A stretch of DNA of 64,000 nt from Scyliorhinus canicula. Taxonomy: Eukaryota. Below the pieces are notes generated by a model. That model worked only from the letters and a program-made list of their open reading frames with translations. It ran no database searches and was not told the origin of the DNA. Both the position numbers and the translations under genes were made by a program. Below, piece after piece: positions 26,047 through 37,499 of this stretch; the first letter of the stretch is position 1, and the number at the start of each line of letters is the position of its first letter. Location of the stretch: NCBI RefSeq assembly GCF_902713615.1, contig NW_024055728.1, forward strand, positions 4,057,978 to 4,121,977, read 5' to 3'.

Positions 26047-26372
26047 CATAGAACATCGAACAGACAGAGCAGAAGGAGGCCATACGGCCCATCGAGTCGG
26101 CAACGACCATTGAAGCCCTCACTTCCATCCTATCCCCGTAAGCAAATAACTCCTCCTAACCTTTATGGTCACTAAGGACAATTTATCATCGCCAATCCAC
26201 CTAACTGCACGTCTTTGGACTGTGGGAGAAAACCTGAGCACCCGGAGGAAACCCACGCAGAAACGGGGAGAATGTGCCGACTCCGCACAGAAATTGACCG
26301 AGCTGGGAATCGAACGTGGGATCCAGGCGCTGTGAAGAACAGTGCTATACACTTGTGCTACCGTGCTACCCC
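26047..26372 (-). mobile_element. SINE inserted in an old minus-strand LINE 3' end (about 26010-27010)
   Basis: catagaacatcgaacag tail and reverse SINE head ...ctaccgtgctaccc. Confidence 0.85.
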
Positions 26373-27099
26373 TATTCTGGCAACACTTATCTCTATTTTA
26401 CCTCGAGAAGGCGGTGGAGAACTTCCTTCTTGAAACGCTGCAGTTTCTGATTTGTAGGTACACCCAGAGTACTGTTAGGGACAACGTTCCAGAAAGTTGC
26501 TCCAATATTTCGTGGGAAGGTTGATCTATTCACAAGTTGAGGTGTTGAATGACTTGGAGCGGGCCTCCTGGTGATGACGTCCCCAGGTCACTGCTTCTTG
26601 TCCTGCTAGATAGTATTGGTCGTGGTTTTGATGGTACTATCTGAGGATCCTAGGTGAGTTACTGCAGTGTATCTTGTAGATGGTCCTGACTTGTGCTTTG
26701 TGGCTATTCGTCAGGGTTTGGAAGGTCCGGAGGTATGTAATTGACCGTAGGTTCCCTTCCATTGAGTTGCTCTGGTAGCCACAGTATTAATATGGTTAGT
26801 CCAATCATTTATAATCTATGGTAACACCAGGATGTACATTAGGCATTCAATCGATACCAATACTATGAAATGTCAAAGGGCAATGGTTACATCATGTCTT
26901 CTAGAAGGTGGTCAGTACCGGGCACTTGTGTGGCGCGAATCTTCCTTGCCAGTTGTCAGCCCAAGCCCGGATATTGTCCGTCATTGCTACATTTGGACTT
27001 GGGCTGCTACATTATAATCTTAAAATATTTTATGAAATGTTTGAATTGTATAGTGTGCCCTCGTTAATGATGCATGCGACGATACACGCTACAAGTTGT

Positions 27100-28125
27100 T
27101 CTTTTTCTGTGTCCTCAATCGCCCAGATCCCCCTTGCCCCATCCCTTCATCCGCTGTTTCGGGGTCCTTTCCTTGATTCTTTATTTTACCGTGGGTAGTT
27201 GCTTGTTGTTTATATGTTGGTCATGCGCTCCTTCTGCCTTCCAATCCCCTCCCTATCGCTAGACCTCCCCACCTTTCTTCTCCCTCCCTATCCTGCTGTT
27301 GGCCTGCCTTTGAAGTTGCTCTCGTGCGATCTTCTGTTGGGCCCTCTGGTCTCAGGCACAGAAAATGTGGGCGTTGGTGACCGGGCCTCCCTGGCACCGT
27401 TGACAACTATCCTCCACCTCCGGGAAGAACCTGCTGATTCGGATTCTTGTCATGTGTGCTCCGTGCACCACCTTTATCTGCATGAGGCTCAGCTTTGCGC
27501 ATGAGGAAGTAAAGTTGGCTCTTTTCAATGCTTTGCTCCTGAGTCCCCATTCTATTTCCGCCCTTTGCTCTTCCTATCGTTTCATCCAGTGGGGAGTATG
27601 TCCTTTCCAAACGTGGTCCGGACAGGTCCCCGCAATTCCCTTACGCATATGTTCCACCTCCAGTAACTCCTGCAGCATTCTGGTTTTCTGGATTTGTCGG
27701 TCTATTGTTGTCTCGTTGCAGAGAAAGCTGTTGACCTGCAGATGCTGTGGTTCATTGCCGTTCGGAATTTCCAGTCTCTTTCTCAGTTCCTCTAATGTCG
27801 ATCGTCTGTCTCGCGTGTAAGAAATCCGAACCGTCAGTTGCCCCTTCCTGTCTCCACCTCTTCAAGGTGGCTTCGACTATTGCCGGTGGAAACTTGTGTT
27901 TTCTGCTGATGGGATGCATGGTGTCACTTCGGTCACACCTAAGAGCTGCTTCATCTGGATCCGTGTTCTCAAGGTTGTCACCCGCACTGGGCTTGTTGAC
28001 TATTTTATTGGCAGGGAAAGGAACGCTGCGTCGTGTAGGCTGGAAGGGTCATGCCTGAACAGGAGGACTCCTCCATCCTCACCCAGTCTGTGTTTGGTTC
28101 CTTCATCCACCATCTCACACTTTAA
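27100..28125 (-). mobile_element. Decayed L1-clade LINE ORF2 3' part
   Basis: Reverse strand ...WMKEPNTDWVRMEESSCSGMTL... and later L1 C-terminal motifs. Confidence 0.75.
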
Positions 28126-28137
28126 GACGTTTGCAAT

Positions 28138-28665
28138 TTAGATATGCTCGGCCTCTAAGACTTGTAAAACTTAGCCATGCTTAGCGTCATAGATGTTTAA
28201 TATTTAGCCATGCTCGGCCTCTGAGGTGTTCAATAGTTTGCCAAGCTCTGAATTGAAGATGTTATAATGTAAGCAATTATCGGCCGATACGAAGTTTGAA
28301 ATTTAAACATGCTCTGCCTCTAAGGCATTTAAAATTTAGCCTTGCTCGGCCTCTAAGGTGTTTAAAATTTAGCCATGTTTGGCCGGGAATATGTTTAGAA
28401 TTTAAACATTCTCGGCCTCGAAGACGTTCAAAGGTTAGCCACACTCGGACTCGAAGATGGTTAAAGTTTAGCAAGACTCATCCTCGAAGGTGTTTAAAAT
28501 GTAGTCATGATCGACCTTGAATATGTTTACATTTTAGCAATGCTCAGCCTTTATGCCGTTTATAATTTAGCCATTCTCGGCCTCGAAGGCTTTTAAAATG
28601 TAGCCATGTTCGTGGTGAAAAATGTGTAATATTTAGCCATTATCGGCATCTATGGCTTTCAAATA
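28138..28665. repeat. 33-bp tandem array, 16 diverged units (consensus TTAGCCATGCTCGGCCTCTAAGGTGTTTAAAAT)
   Basis: Units counted at strict 33-nt spacing from 28138 to 28665. Confidence 0.9.
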
Positions 28666-28796
28666 AAGATCTAATCTGTCCGTTTACACCTTCCAGCTCA
28701 TCGTCTGTAGCCCTGTAGGTAACAGCACATCAATCAGAAATCTGGTGTTATTGATTAATGAGGTGATTTCGTGATTAATATGGAAACATTAATATA

Positions 28797-29140
28797 GGGT
28801 AGCACGGTAGCATTGTGGATAGCACAATTGCTTCACAGCTCCAGGGTCCCAGGTTCGATTCCAGCTTGGGACACTGTCTGTGCGGGGTCTGCACCTTCTC
28901 CCCGTGTGTGTGTGGGTTTCCTCCGGTGCTCCGGTTTCCTCCCACAGTCCAAAGATGTGCTGGTTAGGTGGACTGGCCAGGATAAATTGCCCTTAGTCCC
29001 CAAAATTGCTCTTAGTGTTGGGTGGGGTTACTGGATTATGGGGATAGGACTGAGGTGTTGACCTTGGGTAGGATGCTCTTTTCAAGAGCCGGTGCAGACT
29101 CGATGGGCCGAATGGCCTACGCCTGCACTGTAAATTCTAT
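28797..29140 (+). mobile_element. HE1-related SINE
   Basis: gggtagcacggtagcattgtggatagc head, B box GGTTCGATTCC, ctgtaaattctat tail. Confidence 0.9.
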
Positions 29141-29499
29141 CAGGGGTTTTGGGGAGATGGCTGGAGAATGGGGATGTGGAACATGTCAGCCATGATCGAA
29201 TGGTGGAGCAGACTCGATGGACCAAATCGCCTGATTCGGCTCCAATATGTTATAAAATTATGAAGTTTCACTTTTCATGCTCCATGAATCATTGAAAAAT
29301 CAAACTTTAGAGTGGAATATATGAAATTCCCTTTTACATATAAATACCATTTTATTCATTATTCTTCCACACTCTCTTGGGGAATTAACGTTTCCCCTAC
29401 GTTGGATTGTCTCCAAATCGTCTGCCTAATTTTGCGTTGGATTTAGGACTACAAGAACAGTTTTCAATTTATCCTTGCAGGGAGGTGGGTCCATCAATA

Positions 29500-30078
29500 T
29501 CCTGTGAGGTAATGCATTTTGGAAGATCTCATGCAGGTAGGGGATATACAGTGAATGGTAGAACCCTAAAGAGTATTGAAAGTCAGCGAGATCTATGTGT
29601 ACAGGTCCACAGGTCACTGAAAGGGGCAACAGAGGTGGAGAAGGTAGTCAATAAGGCATATGGCATGCTTGCCTTCATTGGCAGGGGCAATGACTATAAG
29701 AATTGCCAAGTCATGTTGCAGCTGTTTAGAACTTTATTTAGGCCACACTTGGAGTATAGTATTCAATTCTGGTAGCCATATTACTAGAAGGATGTGAAGG
29801 CTTTAAAGAGGGTGCAGAAGAGATTTGCCAGGATGTTGCCTGGTATGGAGGGCATTAGGTCTGAGGAGCGGTTGAATAAACTCGGTTTGATCTCACTGGA
29901 GCGACTGAGGTTGAGGGGCCACCTGATAGAGGTCTACAATGTTATGAGGTCTTGGACAGAGTGGATCGTCAGAGATTTATTTTCCCAGGGGAGAGGGGTC
30001 AATTACTAGGGGGCATAGGTTTAAGTTGCGAGGGGCAAGGTTTAGAGTAGATGTAGGAGGCAAGTTTTATACACAGAG
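29500..30078 (+). mobile_element. CR1 RT C-terminal fragment
   Basis: CEVMHFGRS...KAYGMLAFIGRG...RPHLEYSIQFW; SLERLRLRGHLIEVY. Confidence 0.9.
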
Positions 30079-30089
30079 TTTTATTATGA

Positions 30090-30760
30090 TTACTGTTTAG
30101 ATAAAGTTAGAGTTTAGTAAACAAGTTTTTATACATACTTAGTTATTTGGTAAATGTCTTTAACAAAAGCAAGTTAAGTTTTGGCGCTGTCATGAGGATG
30201 GTAGGTGCAAGGCCCGCATTCACACGTTAGAAAGAGAGGTAATCGAAAAGATCAACGAACATACTCATCCCCCATCTGCAGTTGCTATCGAAGTGGAAAA
30301 GGTCATAACTGATGCGAGAGACCGGGCTGAAAAGACTTGTGAGCCTCCAAGTACGATTATCAACAAGTGCATTGAAAAAATGTCCGTGGCACAATTTAAC
30401 AAACTAAATGCGTTTTTTCCAATGAATATCCAATGAATGTCCAATGAACTTTCCTTTTAATGATTGATTTTATGAACTTACAGATTTGTAAATTGTTTTA
30501 ATGTACTGTTTTTGGATCTTTATAAGTGGATCTTTTACAATAAAAACATTTAGTTAACACTTGAGTTTTATTTCATTTTCTGAACTTGCAGATTTGTAAA
30601 TTGCTTAGTGCAAAAAAAAATTCTGCCATAACTATATGACAACATTGGAGATTTTTTTTTTTCTGGCGCTGAAATGTCCTGGCGCTGAAAAGTCCTGGCG
30701 CTGAAACGGCGGTGCTGAAACAGCAGCGCTGAAACGGCGGCGCTGAAACGTACCGCACCC
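30090..30760 (+). mobile_element. Internally deleted Mutator-like (MULE/Phantom-type) DNA transposon: FLYWCH zinc finger remnant plus right terminus with subterminal repeats
   Basis: Open frame 30164-30436 QKQVKFWRCHEDGRCKARIHTLEREVIEKINEHTHPPSAVAIEVEKVITDARDRAEKTCEPPSTIINKC (W-R-C-x5-C-x-A-x-I...H-x-H); six GGCGCTGAAA-type repeats at 30665-30749 ending cgtaccgcaccc. Confidence 0.75.
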
Positions 30761-31070
30761 TCTGGGATTGATCCTTCAAACTGCCCTCCAATCCAATGAG
30801 ATTGCACGAGGAGCTGAGCCTGGTCATGTGACCCTGAGTCACTCTGATTGGATGGGCTCAGCTATGGCCGCTGTATCATAGGCGATGCCTCTTTTCGTGA
30901 TGTGACCTGGAAAGAGGTTTCCTCCCTTGGTTCCAATTCCTCAGTTGTATTTACCGTGGGAAGGAGCTGCCCCTGACTGAGGGTAATGATTAGAAAGTAG
31001 GAGAAATTAACGAGAATATAATTTGTTTACTTATATTCATGCCTTCGTGTGAATATTTCCACCCCTAACA
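30761..31070 (+). repeat. ERV 5' LTR (partial; left end abuts the MULE terminus)
   Basis: CCAAT/ATTGG boxes and AP-1 TGAGTCA near 30835; ends ccacccctaaca; last 45 nt homologous to the 3' LTR end. Confidence 0.7.
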
Positions 31071-31072
31071 TT

Positions 31073-31090
31073 TGGTATAGTCTGGCGGGA
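31073..31090 (+). promoter_or_regulatory. Primer binding site, degenerate, closest to tRNA-Ser
   Basis: TGGTATAGTCTGGCGGGA immediately after the LTR CA; compare PBS-Ser TGGCGTAGTCGGCAGGAT (CpG decay plus one extra base). Confidence 0.6.
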
Positions 31091-31839
31091 GGTTGGCGAG
31101 GCGAACACCGCTCGAGCCGGTGGACAAGGCGAGTAGTCAAACCTCTGACCGCCATAAATTAGAGTCAGTTGGCGAGGCGGACGGACGGTGAGGTAACATC
31201 CAACGAATCTGGAGTCAAGGCCAAGTGAGTAAAAGACTCAGTTTAACATTTCTTATATTTAGGGTTTAATTTGTTGGTCAGCTATACCATTTTCAGTATT
31301 ACTAATTGGCTGCTCGAGGACCCGTGCTGAGCCTGAATTAAGGGGACATTGAGCTCCCACGTGATGGCCATAATTAGTTGGGAATCCCAGACGCACAGAC
31401 TGTTGAGTGAATTACAGGTCGCGAAATGTATCGTGACACAGTGCCAAGCCAGTGGATGAAAGGCAAAGGCTCTGAGCACAGTCGCCTAGTCACACCGGCT
31501 ACGCGCCTGATGGAGAAGACACGGTTAAAACATCATGGAAAAGGGAGGCATGAGGCAGCTTTCCTGGAGTCTCACGGGATCCTTGAGTCTGGCGTTCGGG
31601 CAAGTGCAAAAAACTCTGTTAAAGAAGATGATCAGAGATGGGTGGGATACCCACGCAGCCCCCGTGGAACAAAGACAATGGTGGGAAACACAGATGCGAA
31701 ATAAGACAAAAATGGCGGGGAGAATTGTTGTTCATCAATTAATTATAGTTACAGAATCAGCACTGGTGCAAGCACAACAGACTACGGAAATCATAAACAC
31801 ATTCAGCCAAGGAAACCCACCTCCATGCGCTTCTGCCCC

Positions 31840-33820
31840 CTGCGCACTGTGGTGCACTTGGCCGAGATTACAGCAGGAATTCCTCAACAGCCCAGCTATT
31901 TTCCACCGAGTTATGAGCTCGCTGTTGGAGAACGTAGATTTGATCCAGGATCGCAGCACCTTGATGGCATGCTGATTGCCTCGGAGGATGCGGCCGGTAA
32001 CGCCGTCGTGTTGACCGAAGTCTTCCAGGCATTTGAGAAAGATGACTTAAAGTTATCCGCAAAAAAGGCCAAATAGGCCCAATAGCTCTTGCCTGCGCTG
32101 CTTTGGAGCCAGAGTTAGCGAACACACAGTGATGGCCTGCAAGGGGGGAACCCTGGTAACCACAGCAGAGACTGGATCAGGAAGACGCATACGGGAAATT
32201 GTAACAGGCATTAACCTCAGCCCCAGACCTCTGTCTCAGGAGCCGAGGAAGCCATTCTACATACATTGTGGCAACGAGGGCCGTTTCTATGCAGCGATGA
32301 TAACGCAGGTCCACGGGGGCAGGCGCAGACCGGTGGCATCATATTCAACAGATCATATTATCCAACCGTAAGCTGGGTTTTCCCGCTGCGGGGCAGCTCT
32401 TACCTGCGCTGCTTTGGAGCCAGAGTTAGCGAACACACAGTGATGGCCTGCCATATCATCTAAAAAACCGAACATACAACATCAGCAACGTATAGCGTCC
32501 ATGTTGGCAGCCGTGAATTTACCAAAGCAGGCTGCAGTAATAAAGGTTAAAACCCACCAGAAGGTAGATACGCCACAACAATGTGGCAATGAAGCAGCGG
32601 ACAAGGCGGCTGAGGCTACCTTGGTCAACGGCTTCACTGTTATGTGTGCCCAGTTTGAAGAAATCAGTCTTGCGAAATTACACGCAGACACACCGAGGGA
32701 AGAAAAGGAGGGTTGGTGTCCAAAGGGGGGTCAACACGATGAAAAGGGAACTTGGAGAAAAGACGGAAGAGTAATTGCCCCGGATTGTATCCGGCAGACC
32801 CTGTTCACAGCACATCATGGTTTGCACTACGCAGGGAGGCTATGGTACTCGTAATTGGTAAAGACTTGTGGTGGCATGGCTAGGGACGGGATACAGCCAA
32901 ACACTAATAGTGATGCATCCCATGCGCACAACATAATCCCGGATCCCGGTTAAAATCAGGATGGCACATCAGCCGAGACCTAGTGGCCCTTCGGAAAACC
33001 TGCAAATTGACTTTACCCGACCACTGCCCCAAAGCAAAGGGAAGCGACATTGTCTCGTCATCATCGATCAATTTACGCGCTGGGTTAAGGCATTCCCAAG
33101 ACGCAACTGCACAGCAAATACGATTGCATGGATAATGACAGAGGATATTATGCCGCGCTATGGTGTGCACTTACAGATTGATTCATTTCACTTGATTCAT
33201 TTCAGTTCACATTTCGCTGGACTAGTTACCAAGAAAATACATGAATGGATGGGTATCAAACAGAAATTCCACATACCATATCATCCACAGAGCTCTGGGA
33301 TGGTGAAACGTATGAATAGAACACTCAAAACTGCCCCAGCGAAAGCCCGAGGAAAGAATCCTCAGCAGTGGGTCGACCTTTTCCCCACTGTCCTGTAGAA
33401 ATTACGAGCAAGCCCTAATCGGACATAAGGATTGTCTCTCTATGAACTGATGACGGGCCGTACAATGCAATTACCAGCGGGTATAATTAGAGGGGTGGGG
33501 GGGGGGGGAGATGTAGGCCCACTGAGGGGCATAATGCGCAAATATATATTTGAACTCACCAACCAATTCAAAGACATGCTCCAACAAACACGATCTTAGA
33601 GAGGAAACTAAGAATAAGAACTTAGAACTGACAGCATTATCCGATATTCCCCCCGCTGGCTCAAAGGTTGTGGTCAATGTCCTGCCTGAAAAACCAGGGT
33701 CTGCATCCGGGTGGACAGGAAGCCATCAAGTCCTGATCAGTGGTGACACTTGCGCATGCGTTGACATAAAAGGCATGGGACGCTGGAAACACTGGACGCA
33801 ATTAAAAATGTATAACGCTT
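31840..33820 (+). pseudogene. pol: ERV pol remnant (RT fragment, RNase H, integrase)
   Basis: WPRLQQEFLNSPAIFHR; LPKQAAVIKVKTHQ...GNEAADKAA; LQIDFTRPLP...LVIIDQFTRWVKAFP; FHIPYHPQSSGMVKRMNRTLK; multiple frameshifts and stops. Confidence 0.9.
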
Positions 33821-33873
33821 TATTCATTTATTATATTTTCGATAGGTACCGAAGTCCTCTACTCAGTCGAAGC

Positions 33874-35140
33874 ATGATGAAGCCCAGCATGTCAGCCTTC
33901 TACATTTTGATTGTGATGTTTCGGAATACGCGTTGTGTAACCAAATGCTCTTATCTGAAACATGCTATCATTAAGAATACACTTTTTGGCTCTACAATGT
34001 GAATATGCACAGGTAACAAATGCCTACTCCTGTTGGGTGTGTGCGCACATTCCGGACCGGCTAGATAACGGAATCCCCTTATGGCCAATACCCCTTAATT
34101 ATACCGAAAGAATGAATGTGTGGTTCTTTGTTAATATCACTGTGGCGTAATATCGAGCGGCAAAGATTTTGGGGACTCACTCGGTTGACTGGGTGGCAGA
34201 TGCCGCGCTTTGATGAAAATTGGGGCCTTGCTTCTCTCAAAGATGTCCCACACCTTAAACTAACCAGTATCGCTGCCCTCCATAATTCTACAACATGCCA
34301 CTGTAATGTTCAAAGCGATAGCCCGCTTCTCGGGAACGGGGAGAATGACAAGGCGCAGGTGCGCATGTGCGGTCAAATAAAAACTCTGCCAATCCTACGG
34401 AATTTAACTGGAACCTGCTGGGTCTGCGGACTTAAAGCATATCCATGGTGGTCAGCGGTTAGCGGTTAAATGTAGAGGGTGCTGATTTTACCTTTTGTCG
34501 TTCCGCACATAAGGAAGGCTAGGACTCTGATGCAGCCCCCGGCCCTTCGGTCCTATCTTGGCATTACCGAGGCGCAACGGTTCTGGATTGTAGCCTTTCC
34601 ACCATTTGGTAACGCAAAATCAGCATAGCACCTGCACGCGGGCGACTAGCTAACGAGACCGCATTAGCTCTCGGTGAGGGGAGCCAAGCGCTTCAGGCCA
34701 CATCAGCAGAATTAGTGGCAGAGCGAACTATTGCCTTACAGAATCGCGTGGCTTTAGACTTCACTGTGGCGGAGAAGGGGGAACATTGTAGGAAGGGAGT
34801 GTTGGCGTTGCATTCCCGACTCCACTGAAAACATCACTGATTTGGCAGCCCACAATTGCAAGGAGGCCTCAAAGATTCAGGGAATTGCGGCGGTGTTTTA
34901 CGACGACAACTCAGGGGCGGTGGCTGGTTCGAATGGCTGTTTGTGGGCTCTTGGCGATCATACCTGTTGTCCGGGGTGATCTTAATTGCTGAACTTTTGC
35001 TAACATGTTGCCTCATAAGTGTACGCTTAAACTCCTGCTGCAAAGTCATGGCAGCACAGATCGCGCCTGTAGCTAGTGTGGATGTCGAGGCACTCCTAGA
35101 AATTACGGCAGATGAAAAGGAAGGTCATTACTATTTGTGA
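33874..35140 (+). pseudogene. env: ERV env remnant (gamma-type)
   Basis: SU CxxC motif CWVCAHIP (about 34031), immunosuppressive domain LQNRVALDFTVAEKG (about 34736-34780), TM YLLSGVILIAELLLTCCLI; frameshifted. Confidence 0.85.
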
Positions 35141-35300
35141 GGGGTGATCTTTGAATCACATGCGCGGTGTACATACGGAACATCTGGGAGGTTACAAACC
35201 CCAAAGACCGTATATCATTACGACATACCCTCCAGCCTCATATCGTTTCATTTTGGCCAGTTGGCGCTCTGGAAACATATTCCATTAACAAGAGGAGGGA

Positions 35301-35951
35301 TGTGTTGGTGAGAATTCTGTCTTCCACATTATATTCAATTCTGTCTCTCACAGTATATTCAATTCTGGTCTCACATTATATGACTGTGGGACATGTTAGT
35401 GGGGAATCCTGCTGTTTGTACTGAAACGAATTGTTTCAAATTGTAGCTTACTTCGGAGCCCGACATGCTTTCTGTGTCCAAGAATGAAGACAGTCCTTGG
35501 TGCAAAACAAATGACTCATCAGGTACATGAGTGCTGACCCAGAGACAATGAACTATTCACAAATTTTGCCCAGAATCTAAATGCCTTAAGGTAACTCTAT
35601 TCTGCCCGGCTCGCTACGAGCTGGCAATTGAACAACAACAGGAAGAGGCAATAGATTACAACTGAATAACCATTTATGGCATGGACTGAGACAATGGAGG
35701 ACTAATTAAGTCTAATTAGTTGCACGTAATGTTTGTGACGTGAATAAAGGTGATTGATTGTACGTAAATGAGAGTCCGAGCTGATTTCGTTTCTCTATCT
35801 GTATATTAACCCATGTGAGCTTTAGCTCAAGTGGGATAAGGTGCTGTCAAAGACTGCGGAGTTCTCAGATCTTGTCACCCATATTTCTGGCATAATAAAC
35901 TGTTTATTTTACTGATACTCATGCTTTCGTGTTAATATTATATCTCTAACA
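35301..35951 (+). repeat. ERV 3' LTR preceded by polypurine tract AAGAGGAGGGA (35290-35300)
   Basis: TG...CA termini, three 24-bp tandem units near the 5' end, TATA-like tgtatattaa near 35800, AATAAA at 35894, ends tatctctaaca. Confidence 0.85.
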
Positions 35952-36139
35952 ACGGAATCTCAAACATCCCACTAAATGCACAGCTTTCACAGATTGGTCC
36001 CTAGCTTGCGCAGCTTTGAACACTAAAATTTTGCTAAGTTAGTGTTACATTTCCTCTGGAGCCATCTCATCATCCATGAGGTACATTGTCTAGAACAGAA
36101 CACGATACTCTAAAACGTGGCCTAAATCAGACGTCTTAA

Positions 36140-36800
36140 TAGTTAGATCGAATAGAAGCTCTGAATAGTGCTGAAGGAGCTCTGTCCGCCCATGGAGTCC
36201 ACAGCTATCCTCTGGGAGCACCCGTCCTGGCTCCTGTGCCTTTTCCTAACCCGTATCCCCACCGAACCTGATAGAATCTGGACAATAACGGGTATTTTTA
36301 GCATGGCCGAGCGACCTAACCACATCAACATTGGATGCCACGCAACGATTTTTGATTTGCGAATGGAACTAATAAGCTACTCCCTCGACACGAAGGGGGA
36401 ATCTAAGCATGGCCAATCCAGCTAATCTTCAAATGTTTCGACTGTGGGAGGAAACGGGAGCACCTGGAGGAAACCCACCCAGAGAGAGAGAAAGTGCAAA
36501 CTGCAGACAGTCATCCAAGGTTGAAATCGTGCCAGATCCGGGCAGAACGGTAGTGCAGTGGTTAGCACTGGTGCCTCGGCGCAAAGTTTGATACTGGTCC
36601 CGGGTCACTGTTCCTGTGCAGTTTGCACATTCTCAGTGTGAATGTTTCAGTATCACCCTGACAATCAGAAAATGTAGGGTAGGTGAATCGGCAACGATGA
36701 ACTGCCACATCATTGGGGAAAAATAGTACATGAAAATTATCTTAATGACGTGAATTATTCCCGGGCACCGGGCGCTGTCAGGCAGCAGTGCTGACCATTG
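36140..36800. mobile_element. Cluster of nested, degenerate SINEs (both strands)
   Basis: Minus-strand SINE pieces 36140-36540 and 36750-36800 flanking a plus-strand SINE 36541-36740. Confidence 0.65.
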
Positions 36801-37499
36801 TTCAATCAACTCCCTTATTCATATCTAGACCGACAATTAGAAAATCTAAGCTCAGTGTTGAATTCAATAGGGTTCTCGCAGTTGCCGGATACATATTTCG
36901 TGCTGTTGAAGTGACAGATCCCTTTTGGAAAATAATGGATCATTTAGCTACCCTGCAGGAAGCTGTATATGGCATCGGCTTCAAAAATACACCAAGCAAG
37001 GTTATTATGCAAATTCTTGGTGATATCGGCTTTCACCGTTAACTTGGAACCGAGGATCACTGTTTAGTTCCACTCATACTCGGGAAACAGATATCATTCG
37101 ACGACAGATATTGTAAGAAAGAAAAGGTGACTAATTGAGAGAGTCTGCCCTGAGAATGACCCTGCAGCGTCACCAAGCGGGAGAGGTAAAATCTGCAGTT
37201 ATAGAGAAACTAATTTGCCCATAATTTACTGACTCGCCAGCTTTGCATTTGGGGCATAAGTTATTGAAGCGCTGAGGTATCCCTCTGGGAAGTTCCCATA
37301 TAAGGGTTGATACTGCAATTTTCCAGAAACGCTACTTTTCTCAGAATAATTGCGGTGGGCTTTCAACAATCGGACGGAAGCAATTCAAATGCCGAATATC
37401 CGATGGTTTAGGACCGCTTAATGCTGATAGTTACTCAGAGTGTAGAAGGGAAAACACATCACTTCTAACACCACAGTAACGATATAAAAACCCAGATAC

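Larger units (their letters stand above)
30761..35951 (+). mobile_element. Decayed class I (gamma/epsilon-like) endogenous retrovirus, LTR-gag-pol-env-LTR with large internal deletions
   Basis: LTR end ...ctaaca plus PBS, RT, RNase H, integrase and env motifs in order, then PPT and 3' LTR (see sub-features). Confidence 0.9.

Noticed and set aside
28138-28665. CRISPR-like array interpretation of the regular repeats (also 9751-10000, 30665-30749)
   Set aside because: Eukaryotic context, contiguous units without unique spacers, no cas genes.
37100-37430. Minus-strand peptides PLYGN and ESVNYGQISF resembling tyrosine signalling motifs or a decayed Ig exon
   Set aside because: The motifs lie in different frames, are surrounded by stops, and have no convincing phase-compatible splice sites.
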